From: Mizuhopecten yessoensis | Taxonomy: Eukaryota | DNA length: 64,000 nt | Direction: 5' to 3' | NCBI RefSeq assembly: GCF_002113885.1 | Contig: NW_018408633.1 | Span: 71,249-135,248 of the forward strand | In this document: positions 14,698 to 29,164 of the stretch, piece after piece | How the letters are laid out: the number at the start of each line of letters is the position of its first letter | Numbering within the stretch: position 1 is the first letter of the stretch | Made by a program: the position numbers and the translations under genes | Notes under the pieces: generated by a model | Database searches by the model: none | What the model saw: only the letters and a program-made list of their open reading frames with translations | Told to the model about the DNA's origin: nothing

Positions 14698-17268
14698 TGG
14701 TAAAAGACACTGTCAGAGTAGAATAGTTTATCTGGTAGACGACGCTGTCTGCGTAGATTGATCCCTCTGGTAGACGACTCTGTCAGAGTAGATTCATCCC
14801 TCTGGTATAGGAATCTGTCAGCGAAGATTGATCCCTCTGGTAGACGACTCTGTCAGCGTGGATTGATATATTTGATAGATGACACTGTCAGAGTAGATTG
14901 ATCCCTCTAGAAGACGACACTGTTAGAGTAGATTGATCCTTCTGGTAGACGACACTGTCAGCGTGGATTGATCCCTCTGGTAGACGACTCTGTCAGCGAA
15001 AATTGATATATTTGGTAGACGACGCTGTCAGCGTAGATTGATCTCTCTGGTAGACGTCACTGTTAGAGTAGATTGATCCTTCTGGTAGACGACACTGTCA
15101 GCGTGGATTGATCTCTCTGGTAGAAGACACTGTCGACGAACATTGATATATCTGGTAGACGACACTGTCAGTGTAGATTGATCCCTCTGGTAGACGACAC
15201 TGTCAGCGTAGATTGATATATCTGGTAAACGACACCGTCAGCGTAGATTGATATATCTGGTAGACGAAGCTGTAAGCGTAGATTGATCTCTCCGGTAGAC
15301 GACTCTGTCAGCGAAAATTGATATATTTGGTAGACGACGCTGTCAGCGTAGATTGATCTCTCTGGTAGACGACACTGTCAGCGTAGAATGATCCTTCTGG
15401 CAGACGACACTGTCAGCGTTGATTGATTCCTCTGGTAGAAGACACTGTCAGCGTAGAATGATCCTTCTGGCAGACGACACTGTCAGCGTAGATTCATCCC
15501 TCTGGTAGACGACACTGTCAGCGTAGATTGATCCTTCTGGCAGACGACACTGTCAGCGTAGATTGATTCCTCTGGTAGAAGACACTGTCGACGAACATTG
15601 ATATATCTGGCAGGCGACACTGTCAGTGTAGATTGATCCCTCTGGTAAACGACACTGTCAGTGTAGATTGATCCCTCTGGTAGACGACACTGTCAGTGTA
15701 GATTGATCCCTCTGGTAAACGACACTGTCAGCGTAGATTGATATATCTGGTAGACGACACTGTCAGCGTAGATTGTTATATTTGGTAGATGACACTGTCA
15801 GAGTAGATTGGTCCCTCTGGTAGATGACACTGTCAGAGTAGATTGGTCCCTCTGGTAGATGACACTGTCAGTGTAGATTGGTCCCTCTGGTAGTTGACAC
15901 TGTCAGTGTAGATTGATCCCTCTGGTAAACGACACTGTCAGTGTAGATTGATCCCTCTGGTAGACGACACTGTCAGTGTAGATTGATCCCTCTGGTAAAC
16001 GACACTGTCAGCGTAGATTGATATATCTGGTAGACGACACTGTCAGCGTAGATTGTTATATTTGGTAGATGACACTGTCAGAGTAGATTGGTCCCTCTGG
16101 TAGATGACACTGTCAGTGTAGATTGGTCCATCTGGTAGTTGACACTGTCAGTGTAGATTGGTCCCTCTGGTAGATGACACTGTCAGAGTAGATTGGTCCC
16201 TCTGGTAGATGACACTGTCAGTGTAGATTGGTCCCTCTGGTAGTTGACACTGTCAGTGTAGATTGGTCCCTCTGGTAGATGACACTGTCAGAGTAGATTG
16301 GTCCCTCTGGTAGATGACACTGTCAGTGTAGATTGGTCCCTCTGGTAGTTGACACTGTCAGTGTAGATTGATCCCTCTGGTAAACGACACTGTCAGTGTA
16401 GATTGATCCCTCTGGTAGACGACACTGTCAGCGTAGATTGATATATCTGGTAGATGACACTGTTAGAGTAGATTTATCCCTCTGGTAGATGACACTGTCA
16501 GAGTAGATTGGTTCCTCTGGTAGATGACACTGTCAGAGTAGATTAGTCCCTCTGGTAGATGACACTGTCAGTGTAGATTGGTCCCTCTGGTAGTTGACAC
16601 TGTCAGTGTAGATTGATCCCTCTGGTAAACGACACTGTCAGTGTAGATTGATCCCTCTGGTAGACGACACTGTCAGCGTAGATTGATATATCTGGTAGAT
16701 GACACTGTTAGAGTAGATTTATCCCTCTGGTAGATGACACTGTCAGAGTAGATTGGTTCCTCTGGTAGATGACACTGTCAGAGTAGATTAGTCCCTCTGG
16801 TAGATGACACTGTCAGTGTAGATTGGTCCCTCTGGTAGTTGACACTGTCAGTGTAGATTGATCCCTCTGGTAAACGACACTGTCAGTGTAGATTGATCCC
16901 TCTGGTAGACGACACTGTCAGCGTAGATTGATATATCTGGTAGATGACACTGTTAGAGTAGATTTATCCCTCTGGTAGATGACACTGTCAGAGTAGATTG
17001 GTTCCTCTGGTAGATGACACTGTCAGAGTAGATTGGTCCCTCTGGTAGATGACACTGTCAGAGTAGATTGATCCCTCTGGTAGATGACACTGTCAGCGAA
17101 CATTAACATCTGTTGTAGACGACGCTGTTAGCGTGGAGTGATCTCTCTGCTAGACGACACTGTCAGAGTAGATTGGTCCCTCTGCTAGACGACACTGTCA
17201 GAGTAGATTGATATATCTTGTAGACGACACTGTCAGAGTAGATTGATATCTCTAGTAGATGACACTGA
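14698..17268. repeat. 35-bp minisatellite, ~73 copies
   Basis: Unit gtagattgatccctctggtagacgacactgtcagN; period 35 (tgtcag at 15901 and 15936). Confidence 0.97.
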
Positions 17269-18569
17269 TTGCATCGTTCTGCTGGACGGATTTAAAGAAC
17301 GTTTAATGCCTCATTTTAAGTTCAAATATGACCGATTCTGCTCTTTGTTACATCATTGTATATACTGCAAACACAGTTGCAGCTTTTTTGTTCTGTTTAG
17401 GCAAAATGGCTTCCATAAACTAGGACTCTGGTTAGTCGAAATTGAGATATTGGCTAATTTCGCTTAAAGAATGTATAAATGTGTCTACAGGTTATAAAAC
17501 AGTATAACAACTTCTAGTAGCATCATTTTGACATCGGACGTTGTATTGCGGACTTTTGATAATGGTGTCCATTACAATAAGCACTCATTCCTTATAATAT
17601 GTATGTTTGTTTTTGTTTATATTTTCATGTAGGATAACCTAAGGATCATTGCCCTATTGAACACCGAAACAATCTCTTATACTGTATACCTTTATATAGG
17701 TGCAAACGTTACTTCAACAACGTACGTGATTATCTATAAACATGTATAATGAATTCCTATCGTCGGAATGCAATGATAATACATTTTAGAATATGGTCGG
17801 TCCTCTTTTATTGTTAAATATAACTGTATATTAGAGCCTAAAATATTTCTGTTGTGATATGAAATCTGATCTTTTCATCTTTCCCGTCAAATTGGTCTAC
17901 CGTGTAGGACCCATGGGACCCCGGGATCGCCGGTCGATTGTCCAAGCTGACAAACGGTCCAGCCGTGTCGATAAATCGTACGGGCAGGTACTTCAACAGG
18001 GCAAGGAGGTGGTCAGCATCTACATTCGTAACGTATTTCATGATATCCAATCATCACAAAATACAAATACAGCACGAATAAAGTACAGGATATACAAGAG
18101 TAGTGTGTATCATAACCGTCTGGTACGCGTGTGAACAACGTCGTGTCAAATGTACTGTATATATCCAGAACAGTTATTTATGGTTATTCCCTACGATGTT
18201 ACAATGTACATGTTCCATGCGTTTTGTGTATTGAAAGAAGTAAGGTGTAAAGCTGGTACGTTGGAGTGTTATCAAACCAGTGCACAATATGGACATTGAA
18301 ACAGTATATATCATTCAGATTGCAAACTGCTGATATATGAACACGGTGATAAGCACACGGGATTTCATAACATGACTTACAGCAACGCCTTCGCTATTTC
18401 CAGTTTCTTGTAAATTTGGAGATTTTAAAGTAAATAGCCTTCGGCGATCGATTGTTTAACAGTAAAGGAGGAAATAATTCCAAACATCTGCAAAATCGAA
18501 TGTTTTCTTCGGTGACCTTTAAATTATCAGCTGCATATATTGCAGTCTTCCGGACCTCTATGATTTAAT

Positions 18570-18933
18570 TATTATTCTAATAATAATAATTCCAGGTTCT
18601 TATATACAGCTTTATCACAACCCAGCTCGTAGGTCGTCTCAAAGCGGTTCACAAATTATTATCCGTGGTTATATGGCCTTTGCTACCAGCCAATACTTTT
18701 CCCAACTCTTTTGGGAGCATGCAGCCGGAGCTGCCATTTCGGCGCTAACAGCTAACATTCAACAATTCTAGCACTGCCCAACCATGTACTCATTTACAGC
18801 TGAGTAGTCTGGAACAAGCGGAGTAGAATATCTTGTAATTGCTCAAAGATACAACACAGTGCCGTGCCGTGACTCGAACACGCAACCCTTCGGTCACGAG
18901 CCCGGCGTTCTACCACTAGACTACCGCGCTTCC
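18570..18933 (-). mobile_element. tRNA-derived SINE
   Basis: Minus strand begins ggaagcgcggtagtctagtggtagaacg...gttcgagtc (Pol III A and B boxes), followed by a ctcagctgtaaatgagtac core and a simple-repeat tail. A second copy lies at 23023-23243. Confidence 0.8.
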
Positions 18934-20039
18934 TTGTCTCTTGTCTTTCGTCGCTGCTTTTTCCCTGGGCACATCGTCTGTGAACAAAGTGTTCATATAA
19001 ATTTATGACGAAAGATGTTGCGAATACGTCGAATTGTAAATAAAACAATAAACAATCATCAGTTAAAAGCATGACGTCAGGTATGGTAATCGTACTGTAA
19101 CATAATCCAACAGGATTCCAAAATCACAAAATGAAGTTGTATCTGTGACGTCAAATGAAAACACACTGTAATCTCGGCTTTATTAATGTAACAACAATTC
19201 TCATTGGTCAATTAAACCGCATGTGACTTTTCTTTGCGGAATTATTTAACTGAGTTTTGTCGAACTTCGAAACTGTTTCAGGCAATCAAAGAGAATACAC
19301 GACAATCCTGAAGGTGAGTCAGCACAAGAAGCCAATGGGTCAACAGCCGGAACGTGTGTTATGTTGATATATTTTGAAATATCAAGAAAAAGGTCAAACA
19401 TGTTTCCAAAATATGTGCCTAATCTCTATCAACAAATACCACAGCAAAATGCGTATTAAGCCGGCGTATCTACAGAAAATCCCAAGGATCACCCACGCAT
19501 GTAAAAAATATATCTGGATCAATACAACAGACATCTAAATGATTTTATTGGATCTCAGATAAAGTGGATAAAATAATAACACTTGATCAAGGTCACACCA
19601 GCCATAACTGGTGCTTAGTATAACAAATCGAATTGGTAGAATATCAAAAGCGAGCTGCTAGTCACTTTAATTAACAGCACAGTCTGAACATTGACATCCC
19701 ACAAGTCCAAATGGAGCACAACAATATTTTGCTGAGGATTTTTTTCTCCATAAATCACTTAAACACGTCCTCAATAATCATATATGCATTTAACCAATGC
19801 TTAGTCAATATTGGGTTTACCCGATGTTGGGCCAATTGTAAAGCTTGTCCATTGGAGAAACTATTCATACTCTATTTAGAACATGGATACACTGTATATC
19901 TGTATGAAATCCATGCTAATCTGGTTTCACCGTGTTTCTAGTTTTCTCGGTGGAAGCAGTTTTTGCAGATGACTTTCAGAATTAATCATCTCGAATTTTA
20001 AAGCCTTTACAGCAATATGCCAAGAAAGATAACTCGCAT

Positions 20040-21010
20040 TCGTTTAGCTGGTAATCGCACAATCTCAAACCTATCCTGTTTTTTGAAATTGGTCCAAAAA
20101 TAAGGATTTTGGAAACTGCTGCATTTTGCTCTTTGTTACTAGTTCAAATGAGCAAAGGTACCAAATGCGTCGTTCTGGGAAGGTGCACACACTGAGTATG
20201 CGCACGCAGCATTTTTCTGACTAAGTATGGATACCATTTAAGATGATACAAAACAATTTCCATTTCTCTACCAGAATAGGTGTAAAACGCGGAAGCTACA
20301 CGGTCCTTCTTTGTTCTTACTAAAAACATCATATTTCAACGCGATATTCACAAGGCATTTATTTACCGATTTCTGCGCAATTGGTCTCATCTGAAATCTG
20401 GTAGTCTAACAATCTCAAAAATATCTTGTTGTTTTAAATTTGTCTAAAAGATAAGGATTTGGGAAACTGCTGAAATGCTCTTTGTTACTAGGAAAAACGA
20501 GCAAAGGTACCAAGTGCGTCGTTCTGGGAAGGTGTACAGACGAAGCATGCGCTCGCAGCATTTTTCTGGAGTAGTTGATCTTATCGCTAAGCAGGTAAAA
20601 TAACGATTTAAAAAATATCTTGTTTTACGAAATTGGTCCAAAAATAAGGAATTTGGAAACCGTTGAAATTTGCTCTTTGTTACTAGTTTAAATGGGCAAA
20701 GGTACCGTCGTTCTGGGAAGTTGTACACACGGAGCATGCGCCCGCAGCATTTTTCTGAAGTAGTTTGGATACCAATTAAGATAAAAAAAAATCGAGTTAC
20801 AAATGTATCTATCTAGAATATGAGAAAAACGAGTAAGCGACACAGTCCTTCATTGTTCTTACTAAAAAAATCAAACTTCAACGCGATATTCCCGCGGCAT
20901 TCATCAACCGATTCCTGGTCCTATATTAAAGCTGTTAAAATAACGATTTTAAAAAATATCCTGTTTTGCGAAATTGGTCAAACAATAAGGATTTTGGAAA
21001 CTGTTGAAAT
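20040..21010. repeat. Degenerate long-period direct repeats (190-350 bp spacing), probably transposon-internal
   Basis: A block like aaattggtccaaaaataaggattttggaaactg recurs near 20085, 20435, 20630 and 20970. Confidence 0.6.
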
Positions 21011-23022
21011 GTTGTGCTGTTCGATCTGTCTCTGGTAAAACCATTTATAATAAATACATTTTAAATTGGTGTTTGATAGCTGAAGCAGAATGAGAAAAAA
21101 AATTGAATATATTCAGCAAATATGATCTGTAGGTAAATACTTGGTAAGCTTTTTACCAACTTTTGGATGAATAATTAACATATATGTATGATATTTCATA
21201 ATAAAGATCACATAATGTTGTTTTAAACATAATGAACAATACCTATCAGATACCAAAAACAACACATGAATGCCGGGGTATCAACATAATCATATTTCGA
21301 ACTCAAAATCGATAAAATTATAAATGTAGGGCAAAACGCTAACAAATGAAAATTTTACATGAAAATCACTGAAAAATACAAGCAGTGTACGAGTTGGTGT
21401 TCCACAATTGGACACGTCTTTTACTACATCGACGTCACGTCATTTAAGTCAGGGCCCGAGTAATGTCATATCACCATAGTGAGAAACGGGATAATAACAA
21501 CAAAATAGCAAGATACAGTAATAAGCATTATGAAAAACTCCCTTTTCCAACCTGATATAATAGCTTCAGGGTTAAACATTTTTGACAAGACAAGATTTGC
21601 ACAAGCATTTCAAATTAATAAAGATTTTGTCTCGGGTGTTATGCTAGGGCAAATATGATACTCAGTGACATTTTACAACGTAAATACAGTGCAAACGACT
21701 TCAGTTCAGCAACAGTCCCTAAGTTATCCTTCTTTTTTCAACAATTTCCAGCATCACTGAAAAGTGTTATCGAACAAAATATCAATGACCAATACGTTCA
21801 TTTTGTTTTTATTGACGCCCTACTGACGAAAAGTGTTGCCTCCGTTTCTGACGCAATAACAACGCTTCAGGAAGATTTATTTTTAACCGTCCATTTAGTT
21901 TCCTATGGAAACATTAATATTAAGTACTAAAATTCACGATCAGATTTAATGATGTATGGTAATTATTTAGTGAAAATGCACATAATACATATAAATCTTC
22001 AATTACGTTTTGATTATGCTCATAACAAGTAGTTTGCCTTGTGGTTTTGTTGCCGAGTTCTCGATGTTAGGACGTGACATAACTTGGATTTGACCTAGAT
22101 TTATATGGCGGGTACCGTCGATTATACAGAATACACTTACTCTTCCGGAACACTTGGTCCTGTACTCTTTCAGATTCTTCATGTAAGTCTTCTTTTTCCC
22201 TTTTTTGCCTGATTTTTATTTGTTTTAAGTTTGAACTTTGGTTTTGATGACACTACAGAATTCGTTTTTTTATCTGATAAAGTTGGCGTTGTTACCGCCT
22301 GTAACGAATTACATTGTATGACAGGTATTTTAAGGAATAACCGGACAAAAATATTCGCAGCTCTGACCTAACAACCTGCCCAAAATGGAGATATGGGGAG
22401 TTGCAATGGTTTCTGAGTATTTTCATAAGAACAAATCACCTATCGATGAAACGAGAACTTGGATCGCAATGTATAAATTATTGTAGATATATATATATGA
22501 TATATTAGCCGATATTCACTTACTACAGGTAATTCGTAAGCCGAAACTTCCGATTCAACATACACTAGTGTGTATGATACATTTTGCTTGCAATGGAAAT
22601 GAAATCCAGAAACTCAACTTTCGACGGAAGATAATTTTGTATCATAAACCGAATGAATCTACCAATACGGATTAAATAAAATCTGCTTTGTTGTTTGAGC
22701 GTTAATTTAAAGATAGAAACTCACCTTTTACACCTTTATGATGGTATATATGCAACACAGTATTCAGTGATGCGGTAGGCCATCTTAGATGCTTGGCCTT
22801 CAATGTTAACTTTACATATTGTAAGATACTTTTTTTTCCGTCGAAAGTCATATTTGATATTGATTAATTTGCAGTAATTTGTTCTCTCCAAGGGCAACAT
22901 TCGCATTTTACTTTTTGTATGTGTTGATTATGAAATAGTTATTTGGTCTTTCAGGACTTCATGATTACATATCAAATATGATACAATAATTCATTTTCAC
23001 CAATTATCATCAATGTTTTTAT

Positions 23023-23243
23023 CAAATTATCATCTGTGGTTATAGGGCCTTTGCAACCAGCCAATATCTTTCTCAACTCCCTGGCTAGCACAGCTAGCAT
23101 TCTAGAATTCTAGCACTGCCTAACCACGTACTCATTTACAGCTGAGTAGACTGGAAAAGTACAACACAGTGCCGTGCCAGGAATTGAACCCGTAACCCTT
23201 CAGTCACGAGCCCGTCGTCCTACCACTAGACTACCGTGCCTCC
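23023..23243 (-). mobile_element. tRNA-derived SINE, second copy (internally deleted)
   Basis: Shares catttacagctgagtag and cacgagcccg...taccactagactaccg with the 18570-18933 copy. Confidence 0.75.
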
Positions 23244-24770
23244 TTAAAAATGACATATTGAATACGATGTAATAGTTTGTCTTTGGCAATGATAAATTGA
23301 TGTATTGACAGGAATTTTAGTTGACGGACAGTTAAACTGTTGTCCAAATACAATTACATTTTGCAATTCAAAAGCAACAACAACAAAACAACAACAAAAC
23401 AACACTTTTTTATTTTAAATTTTCATTTTATTTTATTTTGATTTGAGATTCTTGATTTGAGACTCGAGCTGTGTTTTACCTGGTAAACAATAACATATAC
23501 TCTTTATCCGTGTTTTACAGTATTTTTGTTATTGGTATATTAGTATGAATGAAATAATAATTATGCAAAGAAAAATACGTTGTGTTTGCGTTTGTCGCAT
23601 GCAAGACATATGCATTAGAGGTGAGTCAAGGACGAAATAAGGGCTTACTCCCTGTAAACAAACGAAATTTATTATCTTTATCTTGGTATAATTTCATCCT
23701 CATGGTTTCATTCAAGTCAGGACCACGCTACCCATGCGCTCCTTTGGTTCGGAGTTAATCCAGAGTATAGAAACAAATAACACATATCTGTTATTTTAGC
23801 CTGTGAAATATCAAGTACATCGTAGATAAAACTTCATTTTAAATATAAGTTCTTAAAACTAAGTATTACACCGGCATTTCTTTATCATCAGTAATGCATA
23901 TCTTAAATTACACACGATTCGGTTAGGATGGACAAAGCTTGATTTCCATAAACATTGTATATATAGTCTAAAATGGGTAAATGAATGTTTAAAGCGCTGT
24001 ATTGTAGACAAACACAACAGCCGACATAACGTTTAGACAATTATATATATATATGGGTTGCTGCTAGACAGATAGAAGACAGGAAATCGAAAATAGATGC
24101 ATAGTAGTTTGTGCGACCACAAAAATCGAACTTCCGCTTTTGGGTCACACATTCAAAGAAATTGAGCAGGGTGCTTCGTCCTAAAATAAAGTGGAACAGG
24201 GAAATCCAAACATCCACACCAATGTATCATGACACATATGTTCAAAGAAAGACAACTCGTCAGCGTACTCTCCGGGATAACTGTCTGGGTGCAGGCCAGC
24301 GGTCCATTTGTTTAAGCACATGTATCCTCATATATATATATTAGAAACCTACATTTCACAAACCCATACGCAGTGAAAGATATTACAGTAAATTATGATG
24401 ATTGGTGTTAATGTATAATCAAAAGACGTCACCAACATAAACGCACGTGCGTAATAAGATTAACAACCATTTGTCTTGAGGACACTACCAGCATGGTGAT
24501 AGATTGTGTATAATATTTATAATGGTGAACCAAACGTGTAACACACTGATAAATGACGGAATCATTTTTAGGACACATTATGGTTTCCGTTCGTTACTTT
24601 TTTACATGCAGTTACATGTATACACTCACACAATGCTCCAGTGTACAGAACACACACAACGCAGGAGTCCGACTACTGAGTAGTCAATAACGCCCATCTG
24701 TCCAGTACACTGAATCAAGGCACTTTACAGCTTTGCACTCGCAAGTCCATACTTCCGGAAGCAGCATATG

Positions 24771-24984
24771 TCACTTCCGTTGATCGCGTTGACACCCCTT
24801 CAAAAAGTCTTCAAGAGAGAGCGCGCCGTCACAGTCGAAATCGTATTTGAGGATCATTCGTTGGATAGTGTCATCAAGTTTGAACTTGTTTTGTCGTTCT
24901 AATGACGTCGCGATATCCTTATTTGTAATCAGGCCATCATTGTCCACATCAAGGAGATGAAAAATGTCCTCTATGTCTTTTTGA
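24771..24984 (-). CDS. Calmodulin-like EF-hand protein, exon 3 (EF3 and EF4, stop codon)
   Basis: Acceptor ttttccag; phase 2 matches exon 2 (AC|T). Encodes QKDIEDIFHLLDVDNDGLITNKD...ILKYDFDCDGALSLEDFLKGCQRDQRK* with two clear EF-hand loops. Confidence 0.9.
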
Positions 24985-25534
24985 CTGGAAAAAACCCCGA
25001 TTACATGTATGTAGTGTAGATATAAGCATTTAATCTCTGGTACGGATTTAATTTTATACATGATTATACGGTAAACATCACATTGTTTTTAATGTTGTGC
25101 TGGTTTAAGAACACTCCTTTACTAAACCATATAAGAATGTCTACATCATCGAGAATATAAAACTAGTGATCAAACAGTTTTAGAGTTGATGATGAATTTA
25201 TTTGTTTGCCTTTTTAACTAGTCATGTATATATTTTTGTTTATCTATCAATCTGTTATTTTATTTTTTTATTGTTTTTCTGAAATCAGCGTGTTTGTTGT
25301 TTAGAGTGCGTGCTCTTGTTTAATTTTTAAAGTGCATGCTTTTTTTTTTGGTGTTTGATGTGCGTGTTCCTTGTTGGATGTTTACCATGCGTGTTTGGTG
25401 TTTACAGAGTGCATTCACGGTTTGGTGTTGATAGTGCTGGTTCACCTTTTGATGTTTAACCTGCATGTTTGTTGTTTGGTTTTGGCAGTGCGTGTTCACT
25501 ATATTGTGTTTATAGCGTGTGATGTTTGTTAGAT

Positions 25535-28500
25535 ATTTACTGAATGACGGACAGTATAGACATTGAAATGATAGGTCTATTCCGTGATACTTACGTCCTC
25601 TTCCTACTGTCTGATATTTACTGAATGACGAACAATAGAGACAATGAAATGATGTGTTTATTCAGTGAAACTTTCGTCCTCTTCCTACTGTCTGATATCT
25701 ACTGAATGACGAACAAGATAGACAATGAAATGATAGGTCAATTCAGTGAAACTTACGGCCTCTTCCTACTGTCCGATATTTACTGAATGACAGACAATAT
25801 AGACAATGATATGATAGGTCTATTCACTGAAACTTACGTCCTCTCCCTACTGTCTGATATCTACTGAATGACGAACAAGATAGACAATGAAATGATTGGT
25901 CTATTCAGTGAATCTTACGTCCTCTTCCTACTGTCAGATATTTACTGAATGAGGGACAATATAGTCAATGAAATGATAGGGATATTCAGTGAAACTTTCG
26001 TCCTCTTCCTACTCTCTGATATTTACTGAATGACGGACAATATGGACAATGAAATGATAAGTCTATTCAGTGAAACTCACGTCCTCTTCCTACTGCCTGA
26101 TATTTACTGAATGACGGTCAATATAGACATTGAAATGATAGGTCTGTTCAGTGATACTTACGTCATCTTCCTACTGTCTGTTGCGTCCTCTTCCTACTGC
26201 CTGATATTTACTGAATGACGAGAAATATAAACAATGAAATGATAGGACTATTCGGTGAAACTTACGTCCCCTTCCTACTGTCTGATATTTACTGAGTGAC
26301 GGACAATATAGACATTGAAATGATAGGTCTATTCGGTGATACTTACGTCCTCTTCCTACTGTCTGATATTTACTGAATGACGGACAATATAGACAGTGAA
26401 ATGATAGGTCTATTCAGTGAAACTTACGTACTCTTCCTACTGTCTGATATTTACTGAATGACGGACAATATAGACATTGAAATGATAGGTCTATTCGGTG
26501 ATACTTATGTCCTCTTCCTACTGTCTGATATTTACTGAATGGTGGACAATATAGACAGTGAAATGATAGGTCTATTCAGTGATACTTACGTCCTCTTCCT
26601 ACTGTCTGATAATTACTGAATGACGGACAATATAGACAGTGAAATGATAGGTCTATTAAGTGATACTTACGACCTCGTCCTACTGTCTGATAATTACTGA
26701 ATGACGGACAATATAGACAGTGAAATGATAGGTCTATTCAGTGATACTTACGTCCTCTTCCTTCTGTCTGATATTTACTGAATGACGGACAATATAGACA
26801 ATGAAATGCTAGGTCTATTCAGTGAAACTTACGTCCTCTTCCTACTGCCTGATATTTACTGAATGGTGGACAATGTAGACAGTAAAATGAAAGGTCTATT
26901 CAGTGATACTTACGTCCTCGTCCTACTGTCTGATATTTACTGAATGGGGGACAATGTAGACAGTAAAATGATAGGTCTATTCAGTGATGCTTACGTCCTC
27001 TTCCTACTGTCTGATATTTACTGAATGGTGGACAATGTAGACAGTAAAATGATAGGTCTATTCAGTGATACTTACGTCCTCTTCCTACTGTCTGATATTT
27101 ACAGAATGACGAACACTATAGACAGTGAAATGATAGGTCTATTCAGTGATACTCACGTCCTCTTTCTACTGTTTGATATTTACTGAATGACGGACAATAT
27201 AGACAGTGAAATGATAGGTCTATTCAGTGATACTTACGTCCTCTTCCTACTGTCTGATATTTACTGAATGACGGACAATATAGACAGTGAAATGATAGGT
27301 CTATTCAGTGATACTTACGTCCTCTTCCTACTGTCTGATATTTACTGAATGACGGACAATATAGACAGTGAAATGATAGGTCTATTCAGTGATACTTACG
27401 TCCTCTTCCTACTGTCTGATATTTACTGAATGACGGACAATATAGACAGTGAAATGATAGGTCTATTCAGTGATACTTACGTCCTCTTCCTACTGTCTGA
27501 TATTTACTGAATGACGGACAATATAGACAGTGAAATGATAGGTCTATTCAGTGATACTTACGTCCTCTTCCTACTGTCTGATATTTACTGAATGACGGAC
27601 AATATAGACAGTGAAATGATAGGTCTATTCAGTGATACTTACGTCCTCTTCCTACTGTCTGATATTTACTGAATGACGGACAATATAGACAGTGAAATGA
27701 TAGGTCTATTCAGTGATACTTACGTCCTCTTCCTACTGTCTGATATTTACTGAATGACGGACAATATAGACAGTGAAATGATAGGTCTATTCAGTGATAC
27801 TTACGTCCTCTTCCTACTGTCTGATATTTACTGAATGACGGACAATATAGACAGTGAAATGATAGGTCTATTCAGTGATACTTACGTCCTCTTCCTACTG
27901 TCTGATATTTACTGAATGACGGACAATATAGACAGTGAAATGATAGGTCTATTCAGTGATACTTACGTCCTCTTCCTACTGTCTGATATTTACTGAATGA
28001 CGGACAATATAGACAGTGAAATGATAGGTCTATTCAGTGATACTTACGTCCTCTTCCTACTGTCTGATATTTACTGAATGACGGACAATATAGACAGTGA
28101 AATGATAGGTCTATTCAGTGATACTTACGTCCTCTTCCTACTGTCTGATATTTACTGAATGACGGACAATATAGACAGTGAAATGATAGGTCTATTCAGT
28201 GATACTTACGTCCTCTTCCTACTGTCTGATATTTACTGAATGACGGACAATATAGACAGTGAAATGATAGGTCTATTCAGTGATACTTACGTCCTCTTCC
28301 TACTGTCTGATATTTACTGAATGACGGACAATATAGACAGTGAAATGATAGGTCTATTCAGTGATACTTACGTCCTCTGCCTACTCTCTGATATTTACTG
28401 AATGGTGGACAATATAGACAGTGAAATGATAGGTCTATTCAGTGATACTTACGTCCTCTTCCTACTGTCTGATATTTACTGAATGACGGACAATATAGAC

Positions 28501-28637
28501 CATGAAATGATAGGTCTATTCAGTGATACTTACGTCCTCGTCCTACTGTCTGATATTTACTGAATGGTGGCCTTTATAGACAGTGAAATGATAGGTATAT
28601 TCGAATTCAGTGATACTTACGTCCTCTTTCTACTGTC
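25535..28637. repeat. 81-bp intronic tandem repeat, ~38 copies, each carrying a copy of the exon-2 3' end and splice donor
   Basis: Period 81 (tactgaatg at 27181 and 27262). On the minus strand each unit contains ACAGTAGGAAGAGGAC|gtaagtatcac, like the real junction ACAGTAGAAAGAGGAC|gtaagtatcac at 28621/28620. Confidence 0.95.
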
Positions 28638-28715
28638 CACTTTACACATCTCCGTCATGAACGCCTCCAACGTAACGATAAGGTCATCGTTCGGGTTCAG
28701 ATCTGCAAACATCCC
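28621..28715 (-). CDS. Calmodulin-like EF-hand protein, exon 2 (degenerate EF2)
   Basis: gttacag|GGG ATG TTT... encodes GMFADLNPNDDLIVTLEAFMTEMCKVDSRKR(T) then gtaagt. Phase 0 in and phase 2 out, matching the neighbouring exons. Confidence 0.88.
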
Positions 28716-29164
28716 CTGTAACACATGTATGGTGAGCCAATTACGATAGAAGACAACGAACTATACAATGTATTTATTTTAATTTAAAATCGGTTCAGCA
28801 TCGAGCTAGGACCGACTTGAAAATATTTGATATTTGAATTAACAAGACAGCTGAGTGATTGATGATTTATCAGCAGATGACCTGTTTTAAGACTCGTTAT
28901 TGTGTGTTATTGTGTTTACAAAAGTAATTCGATTCTGTTTTTAGACTAATTTGTCCTTGTCATAAAAACACCTTAAATTTTACAGTTATTCATGTATATA
29001 TTGAACATGAAGCTATAATGTACACGTGGATCTATATAAATGGGCTATAGATGTGGGTAGTATATCACCACGCCTCTATGGCTAGTACATGCAAGTGTAT
29101 ACTGAATGGTTAATACTTGACTTTACTCTGTGTTTTACTTGCATTAAACGAGTCAAAAACAAAG

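Noticed and set aside
14698-17268. CRISPR-like appearance of 31-35-bp repeats (also at 29165 and 44770)
   Set aside because: Head-to-tail units without unique spacers, no cas genes, eukaryotic context.
17838-18134. GC-richer patch with short ORFs on both strands
   Set aside because: No recognisable domain and no convincing splice sites or partner exons.
18860-18933. Possible tRNA gene
   Set aside because: The anticodon stem does not pair and the sequence continues into a SINE body present twice in the window.
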